Part shown: positions 23,936 through 37,785 of the stretch, one piece after another
Position numbering within the stretch: position 1 is the first letter of the stretch
Layout: every line of letters starts with the position of its first letter
Assembly: GCA_012295275.1 (NCBI GenBank)
Contig: CM022672.1
Span: forward strand, 29,016,001-29,080,000
DNA length: 64,000 nucleotides
Direction of reading: 5' to 3'
Source of the DNA: Chrysomallon squamiferum
Lineage: Eukaryota; Animalia; Mollusca
Made by a program: the position numbers and the translations under genes
Notes under the pieces: generated by a model
The model's input: only the letters and a program-made list of their open reading frames with translations
Databases searched by the model: none
Told to the model about the DNA's origin: nothing

Positions 23936-26508
23936 CTGAAAATAGAATCAGGAATATATATTTTATACAGTAAAGTTAAATATGTGTATATATTGGTGTG
24001 TTTAAAATGAAGAAAATGATAAATAAATAAAAAAATTAAGTCAAGTACTAGCACTAATTTATTATGTTAGTAACATCTAAATTAAAAGAAAACACTTTCT
24101 AATTAGGTCACAGAAAATATTAAAAATGTTACATATCTATTTCTGAAATGCAGCCTGTCTTCAGTCTTTGATATCTGTTAAGCAAATGTTGAATGATTTT
24201 CTAATGCTAATGGAAAAAAAACAAATCCCATTTATTTCAGAAAAACTATTATTTGTTACACTAGTTAATATCTAATTCAGCATGAATATTTTGTGGAAAA
24301 AGAAAATAATAATAATAAAGAAATAAATAAAGAAAGAAAGAAAGAAAGATAAAGAAAAAAAATGAAATAATGAAAATAACAATATTACTAAGACTACAGC
24401 TTCACCATTATCAGTTGGGTTTTTTTCTTCAGATGTATGCAGGTGCAGTTTTGAAGATATTTATAAGATTATTTTTAGTCATATTACTATTATTATCATT
24501 ATTTTTTAAACTTGAGATAAACATCAAATCCAGGAAAATTATCATTAGAAATAACTAAATAGTATAAATGTAATTTACATTTCCTAATATTAATATAAGT
24601 ATGTCAGGTTTATATCAAAATATATACATGTTGCATTTCTAAAATTTCCTATCAGAACTATTTTGAAGATTTAAACAAATAAATGTATCATTAGGTTTTA
24701 TTTTTTTAATTATTATTTTCTAACTAAATTCACTGGACAGGTAGGAATCACTTTTATCAAGCTATAATTGGTGCTCTAAAATGCTGAAGTTGAGGATAAT
24801 CAGAAGGAAGAGCTGAACAGGAAATTAAAAACATTTAAAAAAAAAAAAAAACCAGAAATGCCACAGGTAAGCTAAACAGGAGAGAGAAAGAGAGACAGAA
24901 AAAAAAAAAAATATATATATATATATCATATATATACATTAAGACCATGCAAGTTAATTCAAAAGTGGGAACTCACTTTTCTGGAAACAAACATGTCTTT
25001 GTTTTGTTTTTTCCCCAAACTTCAGGCTCTTCCCTTCCAAAAATCTCCTCTTCTTCAAAAGTTGTCAGTTTCACTTTTTAAAAGCATTGTAAAAGCTTCT
25101 AATTGCAAGTATAAGTTGAAAAAAAAACCACCACTTTTCTTTTCATCAAGTTCAAAATAAAAACAAGATACCAATACTAATATTCAATGTATAAATTAAA
25201 AAATATCTATTTAGTAATTTTTCACTTAAAAATAAACAGAATGAGCCATATTGATAAAAATTATCATTACTAAAATGTATTAAAAACTTGAAAAGATATT
25301 AGAACTAAATACTTAGTAACGTTTAGCATTCCCAGTTATTCTAAGACAAGCTCTAATGTCCAGTGATTAACACGACACTAATCTATCTTTGTGTATTTAT
25401 CTGTTAGGGAGGACCATAACACCATAACATCCACATCTATGGATTGGCGTTTTTTTTATAGTTGGTGTGTGTGTGTGTGTGTGCGAATGTGTTATTTACT
25501 TATATTTTTTTTTTTTTTTTTTTGTTTGTACTCAGGTTTCAGGGTAGATAACCAAAGCTCCTAGACATTTTTATTAACAAATACTCATTGAATCTTTGAT
25601 GTTATATGTTTTAAACAGCAGACTGGCTCACTAAGGATATTAGAAAGTAGAAATCCATTTAAACGCAATTTTTAAGAGATAGTAAGCTATTATGGAAAAG
25701 CAACACACTAGTCAAAAATGACACTGCCTGTGATTAACAAGGTTTCCATACAATCACCTTTTTAATTTAGTTTTTTCTTCCTGTTCACTTCTATGCACCC
25801 TTTTAAAGTGAATGGAATGGATTTATTGTTAGAAATAATAACAGTATGAAATTTTTGTTTTATGGGAAATAAAATGGCACTGGATGATGAAATCTACGTT
25901 AAGATACAATTTAACCAAAACAGGATGTCCGTAACAGTAGTTGTTATTTCCTTGACAGCATTAATAAAATGTTTTCATTTTCTTTCTTTTCAAAATATTT
26001 TTGTCTTGTTGATAAAAGTAAAAATATGACAGTGAGTTTACCCCCATTTTATCATTTCTACTGCATAATTAATCTGTGAGGTAAAGCCAATTTTATATAT
26101 CAGCTTAAAATACACTCTCAGTCAAATTTTATTCAAGTTTAAAGATAATTAAACTTTTCATAAATCATAAAATTAAAAAGAAAGTTATAACAGCTGATTT
26201 TTGAAGGGTGAATTAACATATAATTGATGAGTCACCCTAACTACTAGCATATATGAATAAAAAATAATAAAAAGATATATGATATCATCTGAAACATATA
26301 ATTTGTTTATAGTTTTTCTTACATATTTATTTAATAAAATAAAATAAATTAAAATAAAATAAAAATGGGAAAGAATAAAACTTGATTTTACAGATATATT
26401 CATTCTTACAATTATTTTTGCTGTGAATATTGTAAAACACATATAGAATTTCATGCAAAGGTAAAATGTAAAACTACATTCTCATACTAAAGGTAAAATT
26501 TTACTCAC

Positions 26509-26579
26509 ATTGTATTTAGCAGCAACTTCTGGAGACAGCTTTCCAGGTCTTGGAGCACATGGATTGTTGTTAAATGACC
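26509..26579 (-). CDS. Shared coding exon 3 (last constant exon) of the multi-isoform gene
   Basis: Acceptor (t)n-aaag, phase 1 in; GSFNNNPCAPRPGKLSPEVAAKYN; donor AAT|gtgagt, phase 0 out. Confidence 0.8.
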
Positions 26580-28198
26580 CTTTAAAAAAAAAAAAAAAAT
26601 CAATTTTTAATTACAAAGCATAAATATAAACAAATAAAAATTTATGTCTGTAAATAAATAAATAAAACTTATTTCTGCTTACACTTAATATCAAAAAATA
26701 CTTCTTTTTTTTCTTTTTTTTAAGTGAGTAATATATGCTGTAAAAATAAAGAGCAAGCAGCAAATTATTTTGCATCTACTCAATGTTACTTTTGGCTAAA
26801 CTTCATTCACAGATTATAGTTTTTATTCAAATTTTGAATATTCCAATGGAAATACGGTGGAGTTATTTCTAAATCTGTCAGCCATTTAACATATAACTGT
26901 CAGAATAAAAAATAATGTTTTTGGTTTTTTTGTTTGATTTCAGCTGAATGATATTAATGATTCTTGGATGATGATATTGCCCTTCATCAATAAGGATGAT
27001 GGTTTCTCAAATGATCTACTGCTGATGACAAAAATTACAACCTGTTTTAAGTGGCAAACAGTTCTGGAATCACTGTGTCAGTTTAACTGATGTGTGTGAG
27101 CAGGCTGACTCTGATTTTGATAAAAATTGTTTATTTTGGTCTGAAGCACTTGACTATCATATTTTACCTTCATCAGACAAACTTTTTTTTAATAAACTCC
27201 TTTCAGAATGCGTATTGCCACCAGTCTTTATATTTTAACAAAATGGGCAAATGTTCATAATGTTACTGTTTCTACAAGGATGTATTCTACAAGGAATTCA
27301 AGTCTGCAGTTACGTTTACAATGTTAAGTTATTTTGAAAGTAAATATATCTGTAACTACATCCACATTATGTTTAAAACATATTCTTATTCTTTCTATAT
27401 GGTTACCAGATAACTGAAGATCATGAAATCCATATGGTTTTAATCAAGGTAATACAAAAATTGTATTATGATATAGGGAAGAAAAATATTATATATATAT
27501 AAAAACAAAAATAAATAAATAAATATAAATGATTATGATATTCAATAAATATAAAGATTTATTACTCTTCACAGTTATTATTTAACCTTTTTGCTAGTGA
27601 CCTGTTATAGATAGAAAACAAAATATAACAAAATAAGTACATTTTATTTACAATTCCTGTTAATCTTTCTTTTCTGGCAATCTCTTGTAATAAACAACTG
27701 TCATAAAACAATTTCCATACTCTAATGAAGAGACACTTTGTAATGTATGAATGTTATTTGGAAATAGATAAGAATCTTTTCTGCAGCCCACTGTTGAATC
27801 AAGAGTGAAATAGTCTTTTGTATCAAGTCTGACTGTTTTCAGAGACAAAGCAATCATAATCAGTGAATGCACTAAACAATTTGTACTACAAATATCCCCC
27901 CCCCCAAAAAATTATTAACAAAAATAAATAAATAAAAAATAAATATAGCAATTAACAATACAAAAAATATCAGAAAGAAAAAAATATTATATGGACTATT
28001 TCTAATGCATTAAAAGAAACAAGTACATAATTAGTACAAAAACTGAAAAAGGAAAAAAAAGAAAGAAGAAAAAACAAGCATTATTCAATTTTATAATAAC
28101 TTGAGTAATCTGTCAAGAAATGCATGTAAAAAATACATTATGTATAATTAAAACAAACAAAAACACTCTCTTTAATACAATCATTATAATTCTCTTAC

Positions 28199-28465
28199 CT
28201 GTAGTTAAACCAGTTGTAGGAATGTGCAGGTTTGCATTCTGAGGTGAAGATATCAGCATGCTACAATCATTGTCAGATGTAGATGCTTGGTCAATTGCAC
28301 GTTTTGGAAAGTTCTGTGGAAAAACTGGACCACCATACCCAGTGACACCAGTATTAGTGTGCAGCACCAGAGGATATGGTGCATGTTGTGGCATGTCTTG
28401 ATTACCTTGTAGATTTTCTTCATCAGTACCAGAATCCATCTTACATTCATCTTCTCCAGAAAAAG
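28199..28465 (-). CDS. Shared coding exon 2 of the multi-isoform gene
   Basis: Acceptor tatatttttag, donor ACAG|gtaaga, phase 1 to phase 1; SFSGEDECKMDSGTDEEN...HIPTTGLTT. Confidence 0.85.
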
Positions 28466-29014
28466 CTAAAAATATAAACTGTTCTCGATCAAATTTCTTT
28501 TACATTTTTTCTCAGAGAAACATTTATGTAATACTGTTAGGATTAATAATACTTAATAATAACTGACTTAATACTAATGGATAGTTTAACTGAATATGTC
28601 CACTGAATCAGAAATCAGTTCTTTTTATAAAAATATAGTTCTTGATATGCATATTATAGAAGATGACTAACAATGTAATAGATTACATTAAATTAAGTAA
28701 TATTCTATCAGTTTCTGGAAAATAACTTTGTAAATAAATAAACTCAAAAAAAAAAAAAAAAAAAAAAAAAAATTATCTACAATTAAAAACAGACACAGTA
28801 CTGGCTCATTGGTCTAAAAGTGAAAGTTCATAACCTATTAAAAAATAATAACTAACAATTCATTTAAAATTCTGAAAAGCCCAAATGATACATCATTGAT
28901 AACCGATACAGTGACCAAAAATCTAAAAGAAAGTATTGTATATATAATAAAATTTAAAAAAAGCAAAATTAAATGAAACTGTCTAAATGTAAAATATTAA
29001 TAATGTTAACATAC

Positions 29015-30002
29015 ATGATGAATCTTGTGGATCTACAGTGTTAGACGTATTCCAGCATTTCTGATCATGATACACTACTCTCTGTTCGTGGTCTTGCAAA
29101 GAACAAAATGAAGCAGCATCGTCTGATTCTTTCTTCACACGAGACAAATCCACACTGAATTCCTTGCCAACTGCAGGTACCTGACTGACACTGTGTTCTT
29201 TTAAAAATCTTTTCCTTGATTCATTAGTCACTGTTTTGGAAAGCTGTCCAAGATTCTGATGAAGTCTTGCACTGGAAACTCTCATCATCCTGTCGTCAAA
29301 TGAAGAATTATTAGAAAAACTCTCTGAGACAGGTTTCCTTGTTTTCTCACTGTTAGCTGACTGATTTAAGTTTTCATTTTCATTTCTACAAAAACTGCCA
29401 GAATTCAAAGCTCTTTCAATATTACTGCTAATCCTTTGAGCAGCTTTTGGAGAAAATGATGGTCCTGAATGTGAAGTTATGTCTCTGGCCAAGAATTCAC
29501 TGTTTTCCACAGAAGGACCAGATGGGTAATCATCATTCTGTCTACTGAGTTCACTAATTTGATTTCTTTTCCTATGGGAAATATTTTCACTATGTGTTGA
29601 TGAAAATGTTAACTCACCATCATGTACAGCATTTAAATTCTCTCTGTCCAGTACAGATTGTACAACTGTGTCACTCTGCTCATTGAATGGAACATAATCA
29701 ACAGACTTTTTATTACTGTGAAATTTTGATTCTGTTTCTGATATGTCTTGCTGTTTGGGAACTACTTTTTTGGAAGGAGAGGATGCATAATAACTGTTAC
29801 TTACGAAAATGGTGGAGCCTTCTGTGCCACTTTTACACACCTGTTCTTGCACTATGTAATTGTACTTTTTAATCTTGTCAACATTCAAATATAGATGGCC
29901 AATGATTTCAACACTCTGTCCAAATTCTACATAACCGTGACATAATGCCTGCAGAGATTCAACCACAGAATTCACAAAATGAGCTGCCGTTTCATCATTC
30001 AT
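29015..30002 (-). CDS. Shared coding exon 1: unnamed compact N-terminal domain plus Ser-rich low-complexity linker
   Basis: Longest ORF in the window; acceptor ttcttttaaacag 22 nt before the ATG (exon starts at 30024); donor T|gtatgt, phase 1. The first ~73 aa look globular (alpha/beta); the rest is polar and probably disordered. Confidence 0.88.
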
Positions 30003-33000
30003 TTTGAATGTACGTATCTTTTCTCTGTTTAAAAGAAATAAAAGAGATAAAAATTATTTTAAAAACATTTAATATACGAAAAATATCTACAACTGAAATA
30101 TGATAATGTGATATTTATATGAATGCTGTAGAAGGTGAAATTAATACAAATAAACAATTTTGTCAAGGTTAAAATAATCAAAAACACATGGAAAGATCAC
30201 CATGACAATACATATATTTATCAGAATATACTATAAAATATTTGTTAATAACCATGTTTAATAATAGATTAGTTTTAGCAAAGTAAACAGTTTGTCATTT
30301 ACTTCTCAGCATACATAAATGATAAATTTTGTTGAGCATTTCTTTAATTATCTAACACATATTTAACAAACTACTTATCCAAGATTATGGGTTATAAACA
30401 AGGCTGGGAACAGAAAAACAAATGGCATACTGGAAATAAGGGGGGGGAAAAGGGCATCCCACATTTTTAATATTTCTGTTATAACAACACCTGGGAAATG
30501 TTCTATAAATAAAAAACTCTGTATCTTCCATTTCAGACAGTTTTACATCTATAAGCAATAATAATATGTAGTATACTTTTTATCATGTGATTTGGTGTTG
30601 TAACAAAGTCAAAATTGTAATAAAAAATGAAAAAATCTTTCATAAATTCTAAAAACTCATAAACTATACTTAATACAATACTTTAAAAAACATGAACTAA
30701 TGAAGATAGAATTTTTTTTAATTTTCATATAATTATAATATTTACATTTAAAAATATAACTGCAACATACTGAACTTAAAAAAAAAAGAAAAAGAATAAA
30801 GATAATAATAATATAAAGCAATGAAGAATTAATAATTTAAATTTATAAATTACAATAGCACAAATTTATTAGAATTTATTAAAAAAAAAAAAAAGAATAA
30901 TAAATTAATATAATAAAAAAAAAACAATAATAATAAATTAATATAATTTAAAAAAAGAATCAAAGATAGAAAAGAAAATAATATAAATTATCCCTCTTAA
31001 TATTTGATCAAACTCTAATTTAGAGCCTTTAATACCTACTGATAATAATTATCCAAATATTTGGAAACTTCTTTTAATTAATACACACTGAAATATGATA
31101 AGCATCTCTGGGAAGGGAATTATTACAATGATTTATAAAATAAATGTCACCAAGACATTAATAACAAAATATGCTGAGAAAAATTAAATTGATTTGTAAC
31201 AATCCACTGGCGATAATAAAATGGAATAATTGTATTAAATTTTGTATATAAATCATTTTGTATTTTGTCATATCAATCATGCATGTTATTTGGCTATCTG
31301 ATGACAAAGGTCTCTAGGTACATTTGAAGTTCAAAGATTTGATAACAGGTAAACTCTCTGGCAGAGCCTCCAGCTAACCATGTGACTAATGGATTCAAAT
31401 CTAACTCATGGCAGTGCAGATTTGTTTCTTGAGGTATGTTCTGACTGCCTGAAAAACATGAAGTCTAGAGCTATTGTCCATGTACACAGTTTGTGTGAGT
31501 GGATGGTTTTTGAAAAAAAAGGCATACAGAGGTTCCAGGATACTGGTTAACTGTATGCTGGCCAAAGAAAACTGATGGTAGTTGGGCAATAGGGGCAAGT
31601 AATGACTCTTGTGGTGATTTTATAAGTATAACAATGAATTCATGTCATTTTAAAGTTTGTAATAAAGACATAATAAATATACAAAAAAAAAAAATATATA
31701 AAAAAAATGTATAAATTGTTGCATGTTGCATTATTTCTATGGAATACCATTCTTATGATAACTGTCACTGATATAACACCTGTAATTCATTATCTCCAGA
31801 TTAAAAAGACTAATAACACTATTAAAACACAGAAGAAATATCAGTACAATACCATTACAATAGTATTAAAATGGGGAGGGGGACATATGAACAGAAACAA
31901 CAGGACAAATAATATAAAATGGAAGTAATAAACCATATAAATACAGATGGAAGTTTGAATCCAACAATCGAATTTCGTTTTCACAGATTCCACAGACACC
32001 AATAAACACTGAGAACTAGGTGAAAATGATAAAGGGAAAACTGGCTGATATTTTCAGGCTTCAGAAGCAACAGCAGATTTATACAAATAAATAATAACTT
32101 TTTATATCTGCTATTTCTAACAAAGGGTAGATTAAAACTGCAGTTACATAAACTGATAAAGGTATTTGGAGAGGTTATTTTTTCCCTTATTTTCTATCAA
32201 ATTTGTTCTTATATAAAGACATGTGAAATGATACAAGAACATCTTAGTGTATAAACTATTCCCAAAAATACAAACACACACTGACAAGTGACATGACACA
32301 CAGAGCAATAATTCGATTTAAGGATACAAATTAATAATTAATTAAAACATATTTTGGATAATAAATGTGCATTAACAAAACAAAACAAAAAATCGGTACA
32401 GCCACATCAAAACGTAATATAACAAACCTCTGTTAGCATCTGTCTATCGATAAGACTGTCAAAATTAATAGTAATACTGCTCAGTGTCCATACTTAACTG
32501 AGTTAATACTAACAGCCTGAAATTGGTAGTAATTGAATTTATCAGAAAGATACAGTTATGTACAGCTATCTCTTTTCTAGCAATAAATGCGGAATTCTTC
32601 GGTTTATTTTTTATTCTTATTGCTGTTATTATTAGTATTAGTATTTACTAAAGACAAAGTGTTATTACAAAAAATTCCGAGTCTCTTTTGTTCATTAATC
32701 AGGGGAAGTCACTCTAGAACGGTCTTCTGCATGTACTATCATCATAAAAACAAATTTACATTCCATCAGCTTTCACAAGTAAACAAAAACTATTATAAAG
32801 GATATAAGATACTCCGACAATCCAGTTTTTAAAATAGACACATATTGAGAGAAAAATATAATTCACTGATATGACATTGGAAATTAAAAAAATTTAAAAA
32901 AAAAATAAATATAAAACACTTCGATAGTAATTTACCAGAAAATAATAAATATATAATTTGGTAATATTCAATACGTAGTTTAAATTCAAATAAGAACTAT

Positions 33001-34229
33001 TTCTGACAATTTTGCTGTGATGTGTTCTTTTGAAACTAAAGAAAATAAAAACAACAACCACAATTTTTATCCTTTTAACATTTGCGCGTTTATTTTAAAT
33101 CAAGTAAGGCAAATAGACAGAAACTGAGAGAGATTTTTCTTCTAGAAATTCGGGTAAGTTCTGTTTATTTTTCAAATTTCGACTACAAATCAGAGTACAT
33201 GACGGTAAAAGTAATATTTTCATAAAATTCAGCTACTATCCACTGTTTATGAATAAAGATACAAGATATTTTTCCAAACCTACTTCCTACTTATCTCCCT
33301 TGAATTATAATAAACATAAGAACGTCAGGCCTAGCTGTGATATAAAAAGAGAAAACTAGCTCATCTTACAATCTTCTTCTTCTTCTTCTTCTTCTTATTA
33401 TTATTATCATCATCATCATCATCATATTTTGTGTATAACGTATTTTAGTAATAAAAAGATAAAAGGCAAAAATAATAATCATAAAAAAAGAAGAAACAGA
33501 AGAAGACTGCATGTTAAATTATAACCCATGAAAAATAGTTATATATATAGTAAATTACACAGAACTGCAGTAACCTTTAAAAATACATTTTAAAACATCT
33601 TTATAAAGCCCCTCCCCCATCATTATAGCACCATCCCAGTTAACTGCCCCCAAAATACTTGACCCCCGGTCGTTTATATTGAAATATACATAAATTTAAC
33701 TCGTTTTACCGTCATCCACTGAAGTTCAAATGACATATTCCATGTCAAAAACGTTAAAATTTCCCTACAAACCGCTATCAGTCGATCTCGTCTACGATCA
33801 TCAAGTTTAATGTTAATTACCAGGTAAACAAGTTTAATGTTTTGTCTTATTTCATGAATAAGTTGCTGTGGTTCTAAAGTCTATACTTTCGATATTTACC
33901 ACATTGTTGCATTTAGCATCAAGTGTCAAATATCCATTAACCAAAACTGGAACACATTTAGCAAGACAAAAAAAAAAAAAAAAAAAAAAAAAGAAGAAGA
34001 AGTAATTAAATAAATAAATAAATAAATAAATCTCATTTTAAACATATTTATTTGCTATTTTATAAAAGATATACTATATCTATCTATATCTGTACACACA
34101 CAAATCACAATTATATACAATTTAAGTAGGATAAATAACAATTTAATATAAAATATAAGTATGTATAGTAAATTTTCTGTCGAAATCTAAATCTGAGTTT
34201 GATGCATTATCAGTAGATGTATGCAACAA

Positions 34230-34412
34230 ATTCATAGGCAAACTGCAGCCCGCACGGCTTTCTGAGTGGCCCGCCTAATTTCACAAGGAAAATAACTTTA
34301 ATTCAAATTTTATAAAATGAGTCTATTTTGTATCTATTAATATAGTAAAACACCTTTAAGGATGAGTCATGTCTCATGTGGCCCGCTTCTCGAAAACGGT
34401 TGCCCATGCCTG
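34230..34412. mobile_element. Probable degenerate hAT-type MITE
   Basis: Ends cataggcaaac and gttgcccatgcctg are imperfect inverted repeats, with GC-rich subterminal ggcccgc motifs in an AT-rich background. Confidence 0.5.
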
Positions 34413-34945
34413 CTCTAGTGTGTGTTATATACTACTGATATATCGTCTGCTCTGTCAATGCAGGATTCAATCGATTATTCGTGCTCTTGCGCCATCGATG
34501 GATATGTTTAACGCAAACGGTAAATCGGTTCCACAGAAAAGAACAACACAAAAAAAATGAAATCATTTAAATGTAATTAAAATCAAAATTTACCTTTACT
34601 GACAATCAGAATTTTAATAATAAGTATTTTTCAGTGAGCATCAGTACATTTTTTTGTGTTTTTTGTTTTTTTGTTTTTTTGTTATAGTTTTAATGAAAGC
34701 TTCGTCAACAATGTTTTCAGCTTTCTGAACTGCTAAAATAAAAAATCTTTTTTTCTGAAAGTTAGTGAACTCCGCTTGGAACTGAATATTTCCAACAAAT
34801 TATCAGTAGGATTGAGGTTTGTTAATTTAGTAGATTAGAAGGAATATTACTCTGTTGGTATACTAACAGACTGGGAAGAGAAACATGTTGACAAAAAAGT
34901 AATTGTCTTCGTCATAAAAGTAATAGCCAAACTGATCAGTCTTAC

Positions 34946-35273
34946 CGATTGCCTTCAATTGAAAGTTTATTTTATTTCAGTTTTTTTAACTTATTTATTT
35001 ATTTATTTGACATAATTTATCTGATGGGGTATTCTGAGAATGGTGGTCAGTGGAAACTATTCATAAGGAACTGAAAAACTCTTCCGTTCTTTGAAGGTTC
35101 TCTTTTCCTTTAGTGGATTTATTATGAAAACATAAATACTATAGATCTTGCACTGTCTAATTACACCCTAAAAAATAAATTAAAACAACAACAACAACAA
35201 TAAAAGCTTAATTTCCCTATTTTTTCTCCACTTTTTTCTTAAGTACCAACGATAACGCCATTTGAAGAATTTT
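34946..35273. promoter_or_regulatory. Candidate bidirectional promoter with divergent non-coding first exons
   Basis: Minus-strand donor CG|gtaaga at 34946 and plus-strand donor T|gtaagt at 35273 face outward between two head-to-head genes; YY1-like cgccattt at about 35256. Confidence 0.35.
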
Positions 35274-36279
35274 GTAAGTAAAAATAACTAACAATTCAAT
35301 ACTAACTAAAAAAAAATCCTATATATATATTAAATAAGCTTCTGATAAATTTCCAAAGCAAACAAAACTTAATAAAAATGGAAAAAAATAACAATATAAA
35401 TATAACTGATCGGTTTGGATTTTTCAAATGAAATAAAGGAACAAAGCAAATGACTACAGTAAATAAATTTAAAAAAGAATAAAATAAATAAAAATCCCCA
35501 AATCTTACAATGATTTTTTTTTTCTTCTTCTTCTTCTTTATTGATTTATTTATTTATTTATTTTTATTATTATTATTATTATTAATTTTTTTTTTTTTTT
35601 TTGTAAGAGAATGTAAATCAGTTGTTTTCGGGCGTTAATTTTATATATATATTTGTTTATATTTTAAAAAATTGTTTACAGTAGTAAATAATGTACTTTG
35701 TTTTAGAGTTATCATCAATGATAAATCATCCGATAAATCTTTGACATAAAAGTTTTAAATGTTAGCAGGATTGTTCGCTAGTTTAATTTAAATGGACATC
35801 AGAGGTGACAGAAATTAACGAAATTACATACAGAACTGTAATGAGGAGATAACTCTGAAAGAATTGTTATAGAGAGGGTGGAATATCTCTGGTTTGGAAT
35901 ATTATTATTTACATTATTATATTATTATTATACATAGTAACATTCATTCTTTTGCGTAAGTTTTTACAACTTTTTTCTTTTTTTTTTTTTTTAATTCTGT
36001 TAAAGAAAAGAGTTTTCTCAGTCACTTTATTTTTATTTATTATTACGGTATTACTATTATTACTTGTATTACTATTAGTATTACTATTAGTATTAGTTCA
36101 GTTAAACTTAAAGAAATTAAGTTGAGAAACTTGTTCAGAATTTCACCGTAAAGATTCGGTTGGATCCCAGAAAAATTGTTTCAGCAGCCTATTGAGTGAT
36201 CTTTTCGTTTACACTATTACAGCACTCCGAATAGTTTCAACGAACAAACATGCATCGTAATCATTAAAAAAATCAAAAA

Positions 36280-36323
<44 letters not shown>

Positions 36324-37785
36324 TTGAAATTAAAAGTATAGAAGTAACTACAATTGGTGCAGAAGAGCAGTCAAACAGAAATCTATAACTCTATTTTATT
36401 TTAGTCTTGTCCAACGGGGCATTTGATGATAAGTCTGTTTGGGTCACTAGTAATACTAATAGTGTGAAAATAAAAAATAAAATTTACATTTGAAAAGTAA
36501 ATGTCGTAAGTGTCTTGAATATGCACAATTTAGACATGTACACTACTCAAGAGAAACACTTAAACATTTTGTATGAAAAAAGAATAGTAAGAAAAAAAAC
36601 ATACTTTGTTCTTCAGTATTTTTTTTTAAACTCAACAATGAGGAAAATCTTTACCAGAGACAAAGAAACCTTCATGCCTTAGTTGTTTGTGAATTACGAT
36701 CAGACTTCTTTATAATTCCTTCATTTATCTCTATAAAACTGTTTGACCAAAGATCATCGGTATGCATGTCTGTACCTTACTGTACAGTTATACACTATGC
36801 AACACCGTTTTGGTTGAAAGACTCTAGCTCATAGTAAAATTATCCTGTATATGGCCATCAGCTAATCTGGTCAACCATTATAAAGTCTGTATAAATTATC
36901 AAGCAGTCCAAGTTTCATTTTGTATTTTAGAACTGTTACATAATTCAAAATAGTTATAAACTGTACAATCTGTTAAGGAGTATATACATGCTTCAGTGTT
37001 TGGTAGACCCAGTCAGTGGCCAGAGAAAAATCAGAGACATCACCAATAGATGGAACCAACAACGAAATGTTTGAATATTTTCATGGAAATACAGACTTCA
37101 GGCAACTTAATTAGTCAACACTTTGAATATGTTCATTTTTTTTAATTTTGTGTTTCAAATATTTCTTTTTATCTATAACAGTGTTAATAATTTTTACCTC
37201 TAATGACTGGGAAGAAAATATCAGAGGGTGGAAATGGCTGTAGTCACTGCATTTTCACACTATTGACAAAAATAAAATTAGTGAGCATGTTGTTTTCTCA
37301 GTAATCTTGTTACGTAGTTTCGACACTTGGATGCTCTGTAAGGAATCACCACTGAATTTTAGGTTTTCTCTTGAATCACTTTAAATATGTATACAATACA
37401 AAGTACACATATTTTAAAATTATTTCTTAGAATACAGATCCTTTGCCTTTCAGTTCACTGTTTTTGTTTGCACTGGTTACTATGGTAACTATTTGCAAAC
37501 TGTCTGCTTTACTATTTTCAGGAAAACTCATGCAGTCATCAAGCTATAAGCAGAAGCAGAAAGATATATTTTTAACCTGTATTCTTCTGTCTGTTAACCC
37601 TTATTAGTAACTAAGAGAAAAAATTAAATATATTTAGAGAATTTATTTTTTATCACCAAAGGTACAAATATAAAGCATAGTAACAACAGTTATTTAGCAG
37701 ATTCTAATTTTTTTCTTCATCATCAGTATTTATTACTATATTTTTTTTATTGTTCTCCTTTATTTTTTATAGATACTGATTTGAG

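Noticed and set aside
24977-25100. Purine-rich minus-strand stretch ending in a gtgagt donor, a possible cassette exon
   Set aside because: No phase-0 acceptor with an open frame was found; stops occur in all frames after the best AG.
27660-27872. Minus-strand 70-aa ORF with phase-1-compatible acceptors, a possible extra terminal exon
   Set aside because: No recognisable domain or paralogy; could be chance in an intron, so it needs RNA evidence.
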